This document shows, piece by piece, positions 23,509 to 32,000 of a stretch of 32,000 bases of DNA. The stretch is from the NCBI RefSeq assembly GCF_001652585.1, contig NZ_LWLG01000006.1, positions 60,001-92,000 on the forward strand, written 5' to 3'. The notes under the pieces were generated by a model. That model ran no database searches. It worked only from the letters and a program-made list of their open reading frames with translations, and was not told where the DNA came from. The DNA is from Thermosulfurimonas dismutans (GTDB lineage Bacteria > Desulfobacterota > Thermodesulfobacteria > Thermodesulfobacteriales > Thermodesulfobacteriaceae). Every line of letters starts with the position of its first letter. The stretch's first letter is position 1. The translations under genes were made by a program, and so were the position numbers.

Positions 23509-24846
23509 ATGAAAAAAGGCTTATGGTTGCTACTCTGGCTTTGTTTTTGGCCGGGCTTCCTTAAAGCCGAGACCTTAACTTTATCAAAGATTTATGAGTT
23601 GGCCTTAAGCAGGCACCCTTTGATCCGGGCGGCTGAGGCCGAGGTTGAGGCCGCTAGGGCCGGAGTGCGCGAAGCCAAGGGGGCCTTCTTGCCACAGATC
23701 GATCTCCGAGAGCTTTACGCTCGCACGGACAGCCCGCCCCAGGTCTTTTCTTACAAGCTCGCTCAAAAGAATTTTAAACCGGAGGACTTTTTAATCGATC
23801 GTTTGAACCATCCTACAGACTATTCCAACTGGAAGACACAGCTGGTAATCACCCAACCCATCTTCAATCAAGGCAGGGAAATCATAGGCTATCGCAAGGC
23901 CATGGTGGCCCTTTCGCAGGCGGAAGACTATCTTCAGGCGGTGCGGCATCGGGTCCTTTTCGAGGCCGAGTCTGCCTACCTCAGATTAAGATTGGCTCAG
24001 GAAAGAGTAGCCGTCTTGGAAGAGGCCGTACGGACTGCCAGGGAGAACCTTCGAGTGGTGGAGAGGCGATATGCCGCGGGCCAGGCCCTCAAGTCCGACC
24101 TTCTGGAAGCTCAGGTCTTCCTCTCCAGGCAGGAAAAGGATCTTGAGTCTGCCAGACACGAGCTCGAGGTGGCGGCCTCAGCCCTGAACTTGGCCTTAGG
24201 GCTTCCGCTCGACACTCGGTGGGAGATCCCAGAGGAGGCTATTCAAGTCCCCAAGGAGATTAAGTCACTCGAAAACTGGTTAACCCTTGCCCGTCAGAAT
24301 CGACCGGATCTCAGGATCATAAAACACCGAAAGCGTCTCTCTGAGCTCGATCTCAAGGAAGCCCGCTATCGGTTCCTGCCCTCGCTTAATCTCAAGGGTA
24401 TCTACGAGAAGAACTCCGAAGATCCTCTAGGGGGAGGCGCCGATGGCGAAGCTTACATCTTCTTGGCTGAGCTAAATTTCAATCTCTTCAAAGGTTTCCA
24501 AGACAAGGCTCGGTTGGCTAAAGCCAGGGCTAGGCTCCTCTCGGAAAAAGAGAAACTCCGACAATACCAGCGAGAGGTGGAACATCAGGTACGGGAAGCC
24601 TATAGTCGTCTCCTTACGGCCCGGAGAGAAGTAATGGTCACAGAGAAGGCCGTAGCTCGGGCCGAGGAGGGCTTAAGGATCATACGTAAACGGTACGAAG
24701 CCGGACTTTCGCTTCTGGTGGAACTCCAAGATGCCGAAACAGCCCTGAAACGGGCGCGACTTCTCCATCTGGAAGCTCTTTACGGTGAGAGGCAGGCCTT
24801 TAGCCGTCTGCGCTACGTCTCGGGAACTATAGGAGGCACACCATGA
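23509..24846 (+). CDS. TolC-family outer-membrane efflux protein
   Basis: Signal peptide MKKGLWLLLWLCFWPGFLKA. Two-repeat coiled-coil architecture with LSKIYELALSRHPLIRAAEAEVEAA typical of outer-membrane factor proteins. ATGA overlap with the next gene. Confidence 0.9.
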   Translation: MKKGLWLLLWLCFWPGFLKAETLTLSKIYELALSRHPLIRAAEAEVEAARAGVREAKGAFLPQIDLRELYARTDSPPQVFSYKLAQKNFKPEDFLIDRLNHPTDYSNWKTQLVITQPIFNQGREIIGYRKAMVALSQAEDYLQAVRHRVLFEAESAYLRLRLAQERVAVLEEAVRTARENLRVVERRYAAGQALKSDLLEAQVFLSRQEKDLESARHELEVAASALNLALGLPLDTRWEIPEEAIQVPKEIKSLENWLTLARQNRPDLRIIKHRKRLSELDLKEARYRFLPSLNLKGIYEKNSEDPLGGGADGEAYIFLAELNFNLFKGFQDKARLAKARARLLSEKEKLRQYQREVEHQVREAYSRLLTARREVMVTEKAVARAEEGLRIIRKRYEAGLSLLVELQDAETALKRARLLHLEALYGERQAFSRLRYVSGTIGGTP

Positions 24847-26003
24847 AAATTTTCAAATGGTTGGTTCCGATCTTTCTGGTGGTCTTTCTCTCGGCCTGTG
24901 GTCATCGGGAATCCGAAACCGAAAGACCCAAAGGCCGGACCATTAAAGCCGAGCTCTATACGACTTCCACGGTAGAAATCTCCCTCCTGCGCGAGCTTCC
25001 GGGAACGGTGGAGGCTAAGGTGCGGGCCAAACTCTCTTCCAAGGTGGCTGGATTCTTGAAAGAAATCCGCGTAGAAGAGGGCGACCGGGTCAAAAAAGGC
25101 GATCTCCTGCTAAGGATCGAGGATCGAGATATCAGAGATAAAATAAGGGCTTTGAGGGCGGGCATTTTAGCTGCCCAAAAGGATCTTGCGGAGGTTTCGG
25201 CCCGACTGGCTTTTGCCCGGGCAGAATTTGAGCGCTACCGCAAACTTTTTGAGGAAGAAGCTGTCACGGCTCAAGAGTTCGAAGCCAAAAAATCCGAATA
25301 CGAGGCCCTCTCGGCCAGAAAGGGAGCCCTTTCGGCTCGCATCAAAGAGCTTCGAGCCAGGCTTTCGGAAGCCGAAAGCCTTCTACCTTACACTACCATT
25401 CGGTCTCCCTTCGATGGCCAGGTCCTGCGCAAATGGGTAGATACCGGAAGTTTCGTTAATCCCGGCCAGCCTTTACTTGAAATCGAGGACACCACTTCGG
25501 GAAGGAGGGTGGTCTTCCATCCTGAGGAAACTTTATTTTCTACGATAAAACCAGGGCTCGAAGTCTTCGTACGATTTCCGGCAAAAGGTAAGGCCTTAAG
25601 GGTTTGGATAACGGAAGTGGTCCCGGAGGTAGATCCCCAGACCCGGACCTTCACCGCCAAGGCCGATCTTCCCAAGAATTACCAGGTATTGTCTGGAAAC
25701 TATGTGCAAGTGTTTGTCCCCACAGGCAAGACTTCAAGGATTCTGGTACCGAAAACGGCCCTAATCAATCGGGGAGGATTCTACGGCGTCTTCGTAGCCG
25801 ACAAAAGTGGCGTTCTTCACTTTCGGGTCATTCGCATCGGAAAAACCTTCTATCAGGAAGGTGCAAACTTTCTGCCGGTCTGTCTGAAGACCGATTGTAA
25901 GGCTTATGTAGAAGTCCTTTCCGGTCTCCATCCTGGGGAAAAAGTGGTGGTCAAGCCTCCGGAGGGCGTTCGCGAGGGAGATCGGATAGCCGAGGGAGCT
26001 TAG
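24843..26003 (+). CDS. Efflux RND periplasmic adaptor (membrane fusion protein), lipoprotein
   Basis: Lipobox FLSAC, lipoyl-like VKKGDLLLRIED, a long alpha-hairpin (AEFERYRKLFEE...), and a beta-barrel C-terminal part. Confidence 0.9.
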   Translation: MKIFKWLVPIFLVVFLSACGHRESETERPKGRTIKAELYTTSTVEISLLRELPGTVEAKVRAKLSSKVAGFLKEIRVEEGDRVKKGDLLLRIEDRDIRDKIRALRAGILAAQKDLAEVSARLAFARAEFERYRKLFEEEAVTAQEFEAKKSEYEALSARKGALSARIKELRARLSEAESLLPYTTIRSPFDGQVLRKWVDTGSFVNPGQPLLEIEDTTSGRRVVFHPEETLFSTIKPGLEVFVRFPAKGKALRVWITEVVPEVDPQTRTFTAKADLPKNYQVLSGNYVQVFVPTGKTSRILVPKTALINRGGFYGVFVADKSGVLHFRVIRIGKTFYQEGANFLPVCLKTDCKAYVEVLSGLHPGEKVVVKPPEGVREGDRIAEGA

Positions 26004-26006
26004 GAA

Positions 26007-29000
26007 ATGGTAGATCGCGGCGGTTTCATTGCTCGCATAACGGAATACTTCGTAGACTCCAAACTCACACCTCTTATCATCCTGGCCATGCTCTGCCTGG
26101 GAGTAATGGCCATCGTGAACACTCCCAGTGAAGAGGAACCCCAGATCGTAGTCCCCATGATCGACATTTTCGTGGAGATGCCGGGAGCCACAGCAGAAGA
26201 GGTGGAAAAGCGGGTCGTCACTCCTATGGAAAAGCTCCTCTGGGAAATACCGGGAGTGGAATACGTATATTCCACGGCCTACAATGGACGGGCGCTTACG
26301 GTAGTGCGTTTCTATGTGGGCGAAGACACCGAAGAGAGTCTAGTCAAGACCTATACCAAGCTCTATCAGCATTTGGACTGGATCCCTCCGGGTTGCTCCC
26401 ATCCCATTCTGAAACCACGTTCCATTGACGACGTCCCTATCGTGACCCTCACCTTTTGGGGAGAGGGTTATGACGCCTTCCGACTGCGCCAGATCGTAGC
26501 CCGGGTGGACGACGAGATCCGCAACATCCCGGGGATCTCAGAAACCTTCATCAAAGGGGGGCTGAGGCGCGAGGTCCGAATAGAACTTGAACCGGACCGA
26601 ATTTATGCCCTAGGGCTTGATCCCGTAGACGTAGCCCAGGCCATCTATACCCAAAACAAGGCCCGAGTACTGGGTGAGTTCCGTCAAAACTCGCAGAGTT
26701 TTCAGGTTCGCCTTGCCAATTTCTTTTCGGACATTCGGGATCTGGAAAACACGATCATAAAAACCGTAGCCGGCCGGCCGGTTTATCTCAGGGACGTTGC
26801 CCGGATCGTGGACGGACCCGAAGAGCCTGAAAACTATGTCTTCATGGTACCCGGGCCGGCGGCCAAAGCTAAAGAGATAGAAGGTGAGCTCGGGAAACTC
26901 TATCCTGCGGTAACGCTTGCCGTCGCCAAGCGCAAGGGTTGGAACGCCACTCGCCTGGCCGAAAAGATCCTCCAAAAAGTGGAAGCCCTTAAGGGGGATC
27001 TCATCCCCGAGGACCTCAAGATCACCGTCACCCGCAACTATGGAGAGACCGCCCGGGAAAAGACCAACGAGCTCCTAGAACACCTCCTCATCGCCACGGT
27101 TTCGGTAGCGGTCTTAATAGCCCTCTTCCTAGGGGTGCGGGCCAGCCTGGTAGTCTTGGTGGCCGTACCGGTAACCTTGGCCATTACCCTCTTTGTTTAC
27201 TGGTTCTATGGCTATACCCTGAACCGGGTCACCCTTTTTGCCCTAATATTCTGCATCGGTATTTTAGTAGATGACCCCATCGTGGACGTGGAAAACATCG
27301 TCCGCCATCTTCATCTCCCGGAAAATGCTGGGCGTCCTTTCCGGGAGGTCATCATTCGGGCGGTAAACGAAGTCCGGGCCCCCCTTATCCTGGCCACCTT
27401 TACAGTCATTGCGGCTATTGCTCCTATGGGATTCGTACGGGGACTTATGGGCCCCTATATGCGCCCCATGCCGGTAGGCGCTTCGGTGGCCATGCTCCTT
27501 TCTATGGTGGTGGCCTTTGTGATCACCCCTTGGACAGCCTACCACCTCCTTCCCCGGAACATTAAACACGAACACCGCGAGACCCTCCTCACCCGCTACT
27601 ATCGTTGGCTGATGGGGCACCTTATACGCAGTCCTCGCTGGCGCTGGACCTTTCTCTTCATGGTGGGAGGGCTCTTTTTCCTCTCTTGCTCCCTTATTTA
27701 TTTCAAACTGGTCTATGTGAAAATGTTACCCTTTGACAATAAGAGCGAATTTCAGGTGCTCATCGATATGCCGGAGGGGACCACCCTTGAAACTACGGCC
27801 AGGGTGGCCGAGGAGGTGGCCCGTGCGTTAATGGAGGAACCCTATATCACGGATATGGAACTCTACATTGGTACGGCGGCCCCCTTCAATTTCAACGGGC
27901 TTATCCGACATTACTATCTCCGGCAGGGAGATCACGTAGCCGACATTCAGGTAAACTTGATCCCCAAACATGAAAGAAAACTCCAGAGCCACGACATCGC
28001 CAAAAGGGTAAGGCCTCTGGTGGTAGAGGTAGCCCGCAGATACGGGGCCAGGATTACGGTGGCCGAAATACCCCCTGGGCCTCCCGTGCTTCAGTCGCTC
28101 GTGGCCGAGGTCTACGGGCCGGATTACAAAAAACAGATCGAGCTGGCCCGAAAGATACGAGAGATCTTTGAGAACACCCCCGGTGTAGTGGATGTGGACT
28201 GGTACATGACCGAACCGCAAATCGAATGGCGTCTGGTCATAGACCGTAAGAAAGCGGCCCTCTCCGGAATTACACCGGAAAGGGTACTTTCGGCTATGGA
28301 AATAGCTCTCCCAGGAAAGATCCTGGGCCTCTTCCATGATCCCAAAGCCAAAGAAGATGTCTTTCTCAAGCTCCGTTTCCCTCAAGCTGAAAGGTCAGCT
28401 TTACCAGACCTCTCTGAACTTAAGGTCAGGAGCTTTTCCGGAGAACTGGTCTCAGTCTCAGAGATAGCCCGTTGGGAGAAGACGGTGGTGCCCCATCCCA
28501 TTTACCACAAGAACCTCCACCGAGTGGTCTATGTGGTGGGAGATCTCGCCGGAAAAGAAGAGGCTCCGGTTTACGGTATATTCAAGATCAACCAGGCTCT
28601 GAAAGATCTCAAAGCCCCGGACGGAGGCCCCATCAAAATTTACTATACCCGCCTTCCCTTCTCAGAGAGGGAGTGGGCCATAAAATGGGACGGGGAGTGG
28701 CATGTAACCTATGAAGTTTTCCGGGATCTGGGGCTGGCTTTCGGGGCCTGTCTGATCCTCATCTATCTCCTGGTAGTGGCCTGGTTTAAATCCTACACCG
28801 TACCGCTGGTGATCTTGGCCCCTATTCCCCTTTCCTTGATTGGTATCCTTCCGGCCCATGCCCTCATGGGGGCCTTCTTTACGGCCACCTCCATGATCGG
28901 TTTCATTGCCGGGGCTGGTATTGTAGTGCGGAATTCCATCATTCTTGCGGACTTCATTGAACTTCGCCTTAAAGAGGGCTACAGCCTAGAGGAAGCCGTG

Positions 29001-29216
29001 ATCGACGCCGGAGCCATTCGTTTCCGCCCCATGCTCCTTACGGCCGCGGCGGTGGTGGTGGGAAGCTTCGTCATCCTCTTCGACCCTATCTTCAACGGCC
29101 TGGCCTTGTCGCTCATGTCCGGTGAGGTCGCCTCCACCCTCTTCTCCCGGATGGTAGTCCCCATCCTCTACTATCTGGATCACCGCATCAAAAAGGAACG
29201 TCGGCTGGTGCTCTAG
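26007..29216 (+). CDS. Efflux RND transporter permease (AcrB/AcrD/AcrF superfamily)
   Basis: 1068 aa with a 12-TM, two-large-loop layout. TM4-type motif GILVDDPIVDVENIVRHL. Confidence 0.95.
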   Translation: MVDRGGFIARITEYFVDSKLTPLIILAMLCLGVMAIVNTPSEEEPQIVVPMIDIFVEMPGATAEEVEKRVVTPMEKLLWEIPGVEYVYSTAYNGRALTVVRFYVGEDTEESLVKTYTKLYQHLDWIPPGCSHPILKPRSIDDVPIVTLTFWGEGYDAFRLRQIVARVDDEIRNIPGISETFIKGGLRREVRIELEPDRIYALGLDPVDVAQAIYTQNKARVLGEFRQNSQSFQVRLANFFSDIRDLENTIIKTVAGRPVYLRDVARIVDGPEEPENYVFMVPGPAAKAKEIEGELGKLYPAVTLAVAKRKGWNATRLAEKILQKVEALKGDLIPEDLKITVTRNYGETAREKTNELLEHLLIATVSVAVLIALFLGVRASLVVLVAVPVTLAITLFVYWFYGYTLNRVTLFALIFCIGILVDDPIVDVENIVRHLHLPENAGRPFREVIIRAVNEVRAPLILATFTVIAAIAPMGFVRGLMGPYMRPMPVGASVAMLLSMVVAFVITPWTAYHLLPRNIKHEHRETLLTRYYRWLMGHLIRSPRWRWTFLFMVGGLFFLSCSLIYFKLVYVKMLPFDNKSEFQVLIDMPEGTTLETTARVAEEVARALMEEPYITDMELYIGTAAPFNFNGLIRHYYLRQGDHVADIQVNLIPKHERKLQSHDIAKRVRPLVVEVARRYGARITVAEIPPGPPVLQSLVAEVYGPDYKKQIELARKIREIFENTPGVVDVDWYMTEPQIEWRLVIDRKKAALSGITPERVLSAMEIALPGKILGLFHDPKAKEDVFLKLRFPQAERSALPDLSELKVRSFSGELVSVSEIARWEKTVVPHPIYHKNLHRVVYVVGDLAGKEEAPVYGIFKINQALKDLKAPDGGPIKIYYTRLPFSEREWAIKWDGEWHVTYEVFRDLGLAFGACLILIYLLVVAWFKSYTVPLVILAPIPLSLIGILPAHALMGAFFTATSMIGFIAGAGIVVRNSIILADFIELRLKEGYSLEEAVIDAGAIRFRPMLLTAAAVVVGSFVILFDPIFNGLALSLMSGEVASTLFSRMVVPILYYLDHRIKKERRLVL

Positions 29217-29240
29217 GCCTTGGTATGGTAATAAACGAGT

Positions 29241-30071
29241 ATGATCGAGGAATTCTTCTTTAAACTGGCCTTCATCCTTTATCTAATTTCAACAGTGGGT
29301 TTCTTTATTTATTTCTATTCTCTAAAACCTGAAGCCTTGAAAGGGGCCAGGCTCGTCCTTCTAGGAGGATTTTTCTGTCACACCCTGAACATTGTTCTCC
29401 GGTTAAAGATCTTGAAAGCCCCTCCGGTAGCCTCTTTTCACGAAAGCAGTTCTTTTCTGGCCTGGGCGGTGGTAGGGGTCTATTTCTTTTTCGTCTATCG
29501 CGGTCCCAAAGTCTATACTCTGGGGACTTTTCTTCTCCCTTTAGTGCTTCTTCTCATGATAGCTTCAGCCATATCTCCTTCGGAGATCACACCTTTGCCC
29601 CCGGTACTCCAAAGTCTATGGCTCCCGATACACGCAATCATCTCCCTTTTTTCCTACGCCTTTTTCCTCACGGCTGCGGTAGCAGGCTTCATGTACCTTC
29701 TCCAAGAAAGGCAGGTCAAACACAAACATCTGGGAGGCATCTTCAGACGCCTGCCTCCGCTTGAGTCTCTCGACCGTATAAACGAGCTCTCTCTGAAATA
29801 CGGTTTCCCTCTTCTTACTCTAGGGATCATCACCGGAGCCCTCTGGGCGGAAAAGGCCTGGGGAACCTATTGGAGCTGGGACCCCAAGGAGACCTGGTCC
29901 CTCATCCTCTGGTTCATTTACGCGGCCCTGCTTCACGAGCGTCTCATCGTAGGCTGGCGGGGAAGAAGGGCCGCCATGATGGCCCTTTTGGGATTTTTTG
30001 TCTGGATAATCAGCTTTTTTGTGGTAAATCTTTTTTTACCGGGGCTTCACAGCTATGGAAAATGGTCCTAA
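29241..30071 (+). CDS. ccsA: Cytochrome c assembly protein family member (CcsA/ResC/HemX-like)
   Basis: Polytopic membrane protein with heme-handling WWD-type motif WGTYWSWDPKETWSLILW and flanking His residues. Confidence 0.85.
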   Translation: MIEEFFFKLAFILYLISTVGFFIYFYSLKPEALKGARLVLLGGFFCHTLNIVLRLKILKAPPVASFHESSSFLAWAVVGVYFFFVYRGPKVYTLGTFLLPLVLLLMIASAISPSEITPLPPVLQSLWLPIHAIISLFSYAFFLTAAVAGFMYLLQERQVKHKHLGGIFRRLPPLESLDRINELSLKYGFPLLTLGIITGALWAEKAWGTYWSWDPKETWSLILWFIYAALLHERLIVGWRGRRAAMMALLGFFVWIISFFVVNLFLPGLHSYGKWS

Positions 30072-31410
30072 GGAGAAAATACTCATTCTTGGCCTCAATC
30101 ACCGGACGGCTCCGGTGGAGGTCCGGGAGTGTTTCGCCCTCAAAAACGTTTCTGAACATCCTTTAGCCATTCTAAAACGGGAACTCCCCGAAGCTGAAGA
30201 GGTACTGTTTCTTTCAACCTGCAACCGGGTAGAGTTTATTTTAGTTTCAAAGACTTCGGACCAAACCCTAAAGAGCCTGAAAGAGATCCTCGTCAGGACC
30301 ACCGGGCTGGAGGTAGCCCGGTTTGAGGATCACCTTTACTTCTACGAGAACCGAGATGCGGTAAGGCATCTTTTCCGGGTAGCTTCAGGACTAGATTCTC
30401 TGGTTCTGGGAGAACCTCAGATCCTAGGCCAGGTAAAAGAAGCCTATCGGGAAGCAGTGGAATACCGCACCACGGGCCCCATTTTGAATCGGCTTCTACA
30501 CAAGACCTTTTCGGTAGCCAAACGGGTGCGTACCGAGACCGGCATCGGGTCCCATGCGGTCTCGGTAAGCTATGCGGCGGTGGAACTGGCCAAAAAGATC
30601 TTCGGTTCCCTCAAAGGGCGTACGGCGCTCTTGGTGGGAGCGGGCGAAATGGCCGAGCTTGCGGCTCAGCACCTTATCTCTGCGGGGGTCTCCCGGATGC
30701 TGGTGGCTAACCGTACCCTTTCCCGGGCCATTGAGCTTGCCGAACGTTTTCGCGGAAAGGCTTATGGCCTTGAGGAACTTCCGGAATGTCTCCTTGAAAC
30801 CGACATTGTAATCACTTCCACCGGAGCCCCGGGTTATGTGATCACCCGAGATATGGTGAAACCCCTTTTGCGCAAAAGGCGACTGCGGCCGCTCTTTTTC
30901 ATAGATATCGCCGTGCCCCGAGATGTAGAACCCGCAGTCAACGAGCTCGAAAACATCTACGTCTTTGACATCGACGATCTCAAACAGGTGGTAGAGGAAA
31001 ACCTAGGTCGGCGAAAGCAGGAAGCCCTGCGAGCCGAGAAGATCGTGGAGGAAGAGGTCCTCAAATTCGAAAGGTGGCTACGAGAACTTGCGGTCTATCC
31101 TACCATCAAGGCCCTGCGGGAGAAGGCCGAAGCCATCCGAAGACGGGAGCTTGAAAAGACCCTCGGCCGTCTGGACCTTTCACCGGAAGAGAAAGAAGCC
31201 ATCGAGACTTTGACGGAATCCTTAATCCAAAAGCTTCTTCACGATCCCATTTCCTACCTAAAGTCTGGCTATCACCGAGAAGGGCGTGAAGCCATTGTGA
31301 CCGTACGCCGGATCTTCAATCTGGATCAGGAAGAGCCGGGCTCCTCGCCTACCTTTGAGGAGCTCAGTGGGGCTGAGGAGGCCACGGAAATCCCTAAAAA
31401 ATGGCATTAA
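30055..31410 (+). CDS. hemA: Glutamyl-tRNA reductase
   Basis: [14 protein letters not shown], catalytic [14 protein letters not shown] site LVGAGEMAE. Overlaps the ccsA-like gene by 17 nt. Confidence 0.95.
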   Translation: MENGPKEKILILGLNHRTAPVEVRECFALKNVSEHPLAILKRELPEAEEVLFLSTCNRVEFILVSKTSDQTLKSLKEILVRTTGLEVARFEDHLYFYENRDAVRHLFRVASGLDSLVLGEPQILGQVKEAYREAVEYRTTGPILNRLLHKTFSVAKRVRTETGIGSHAVSVSYAAVELAKKIFGSLKGRTALLVGAGEMAELAAQHLISAGVSRMLVANRTLSRAIELAERFRGKAYGLEELPECLLETDIVITSTGAPGYVITRDMVKPLLRKRRLRPLFFIDIAVPRDVEPAVNELENIYVFDIDDLKQVVEENLGRRKQEALRAEKIVEEEVLKFERWLRELAVYPTIKALREKAEAIRRRELEKTLGRLDLSPEEKEAIETLTESLIQKLLHDPISYLKSGYHREGREAIVTVRRIFNLDQEEPGSSPTFEELSGAEEATEIPKKWH

Positions 31411-31826
31411 AAGGGGAGATCCTCGTCTGGCGGAGGTTCAGGTAAAGATTCTTCTCTAGGAGAGCCAAACGAATCCGAAGGGCCGCTCTCCATAGTGTCC
31501 CGGCGACCGTCAAGCATACGCATATCGTTGGCCACGATTTCGGTAACATAGCGTCGGTTGCCGTCACGATCCTCAAAAGAGCGGGTACGTATCCGACCTT
31601 CAATATAAACCTGACGTCCCTTGGAGAGATACTCCCCGCAGATTTCGGCCAGGCGCCCGAAGGCTACGATACGATGCCACTCGGTATGTTCCTGCCGTTC
31701 CCCGTTTTTCACCCAAACCTCATTGGTGGCAATACGAAAAGTGGCTACCGGCTGGCCGTCGGCGGTATAGCGGATCTCAGGATCCGCACCGAGTCGCCCG
31801 ATAAGGATCACTTTGTTTACACTCAT
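31407..31826 (-). CDS. ssb: Single-stranded DNA-binding protein
   Basis: [23 protein letters not shown]-fold N-terminus, WHRIVAFG, and an acidic C-terminal tip DEDLPF. Confidence 0.95.
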   Translation of the reverse strand: MSVNKVILIGRLGADPEIRYTADGQPVATFRIATNEVWVKNGERQEHTEWHRIVAFGRLAEICGEYLSKGRQVYIEGRIRTRSFEDRDGNRRYVTEIVANDMRMLDGRRDTMESGPSDSFGSPREESLPEPPPDEDLPF

Positions 31827-31829
31827 AAG

Positions 31830-32000
31830 TTAACCCTCCAGAACTTTGAGATAGACCTTACGGGTACGGGGGCCATCGTATTCCGCAAAGAAAATTCTTT
31901 GCCAGGTGCCAAGAACAAGTCTTCCGTCCTCGATAAGGACCGACATACAGGGCCCGGTAAGACTAGCCTTCACGTGCGCCGGTGAATTGCCTTCCAGATG
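31830..32000 (-). CDS. YjbQ/UPF0047-family protein, C-terminal part (5' end outside window)
   Basis: Not in the ORF track because no start lies in the window. Manual translation of the minus strand gives ...HLEGNSPAHVKASLTGPCMSVLIEDGRLVLGTWQRIFFAEYDGPRTRKVYLKVLEG-stop (TAA at 31832-31830), which matches the YjbQ C-terminal pattern. The stop is 3 nt before the ssb ATG. Confidence 0.75.
   Translation of the reverse strand, partial: HLEGNSPAHVKASLTGPCMSVLIEDGRLVLGTWQRIFFAEYDGPRTRKVYLKVLEG

Noticed and set aside
23509-29216. TolC-MFP-RND operon as a candidate novel system
   Set aside because: All three components show canonical motifs and order for a tripartite efflux pump. The only oddity is the lack of an adjacent TetR/MerR-type regulator, which is common.

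Overview
Densely packed (about 92% coding) bacterial chromosomal window. Protein content and K/E/R-rich composition suggest a thermophilic anaerobe, perhaps the Thermodesulfobacteriota/Aquificota neighbourhood; this is inference only. Most of the window is housekeeping. It starts with the smc 3' end. A long minus-strand operon follows: ffh-rpsP-KH-rimM-trmD-rplS-rnhB-yraN plus a 592-aa unknown ORF. Other genes are class II RNR nrdJ, birA, tyrA, lgt, rpoD, a TolC-MFP-RND efflux operon, ccsA-like/hemA, ssb and a partial yjbQ-family gene. I found no tRNA, rRNA, CRISPR array, transposase, integrase or phage genes. The accessory part is a two-gene porin-cytochrome module on the minus strand (2044-5541). 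It encodes a lipobox-bearing decaheme c-type cytochrome followed by a roughly 794-codon outer-membrane beta-barrel. That barrel ORF is interrupted by one in-frame TGA, which sits directly 5' of a nested RNA structure. The barrel also carries an internal CXXCH heme-attachment motif. Other points worth a second look: a TrmD fused to a second predicted RNA-methyltransferase-like domain; a Tpt1/KptA-like protein whose catalytic motifs appear replaced; the 592-aa unknown ORF overlapping yraN; and an unusually large 488-bp non-coding gap. Five of six convergent gene pairs physically overlap at their 3' ends. Several operon-first genes have promoter-like boxes placed so close to the ATG that leaderless or Shine-Dalgarno-less mRNAs are implied. 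All family assignments come from motif recognition by eye, since no searches could be run.
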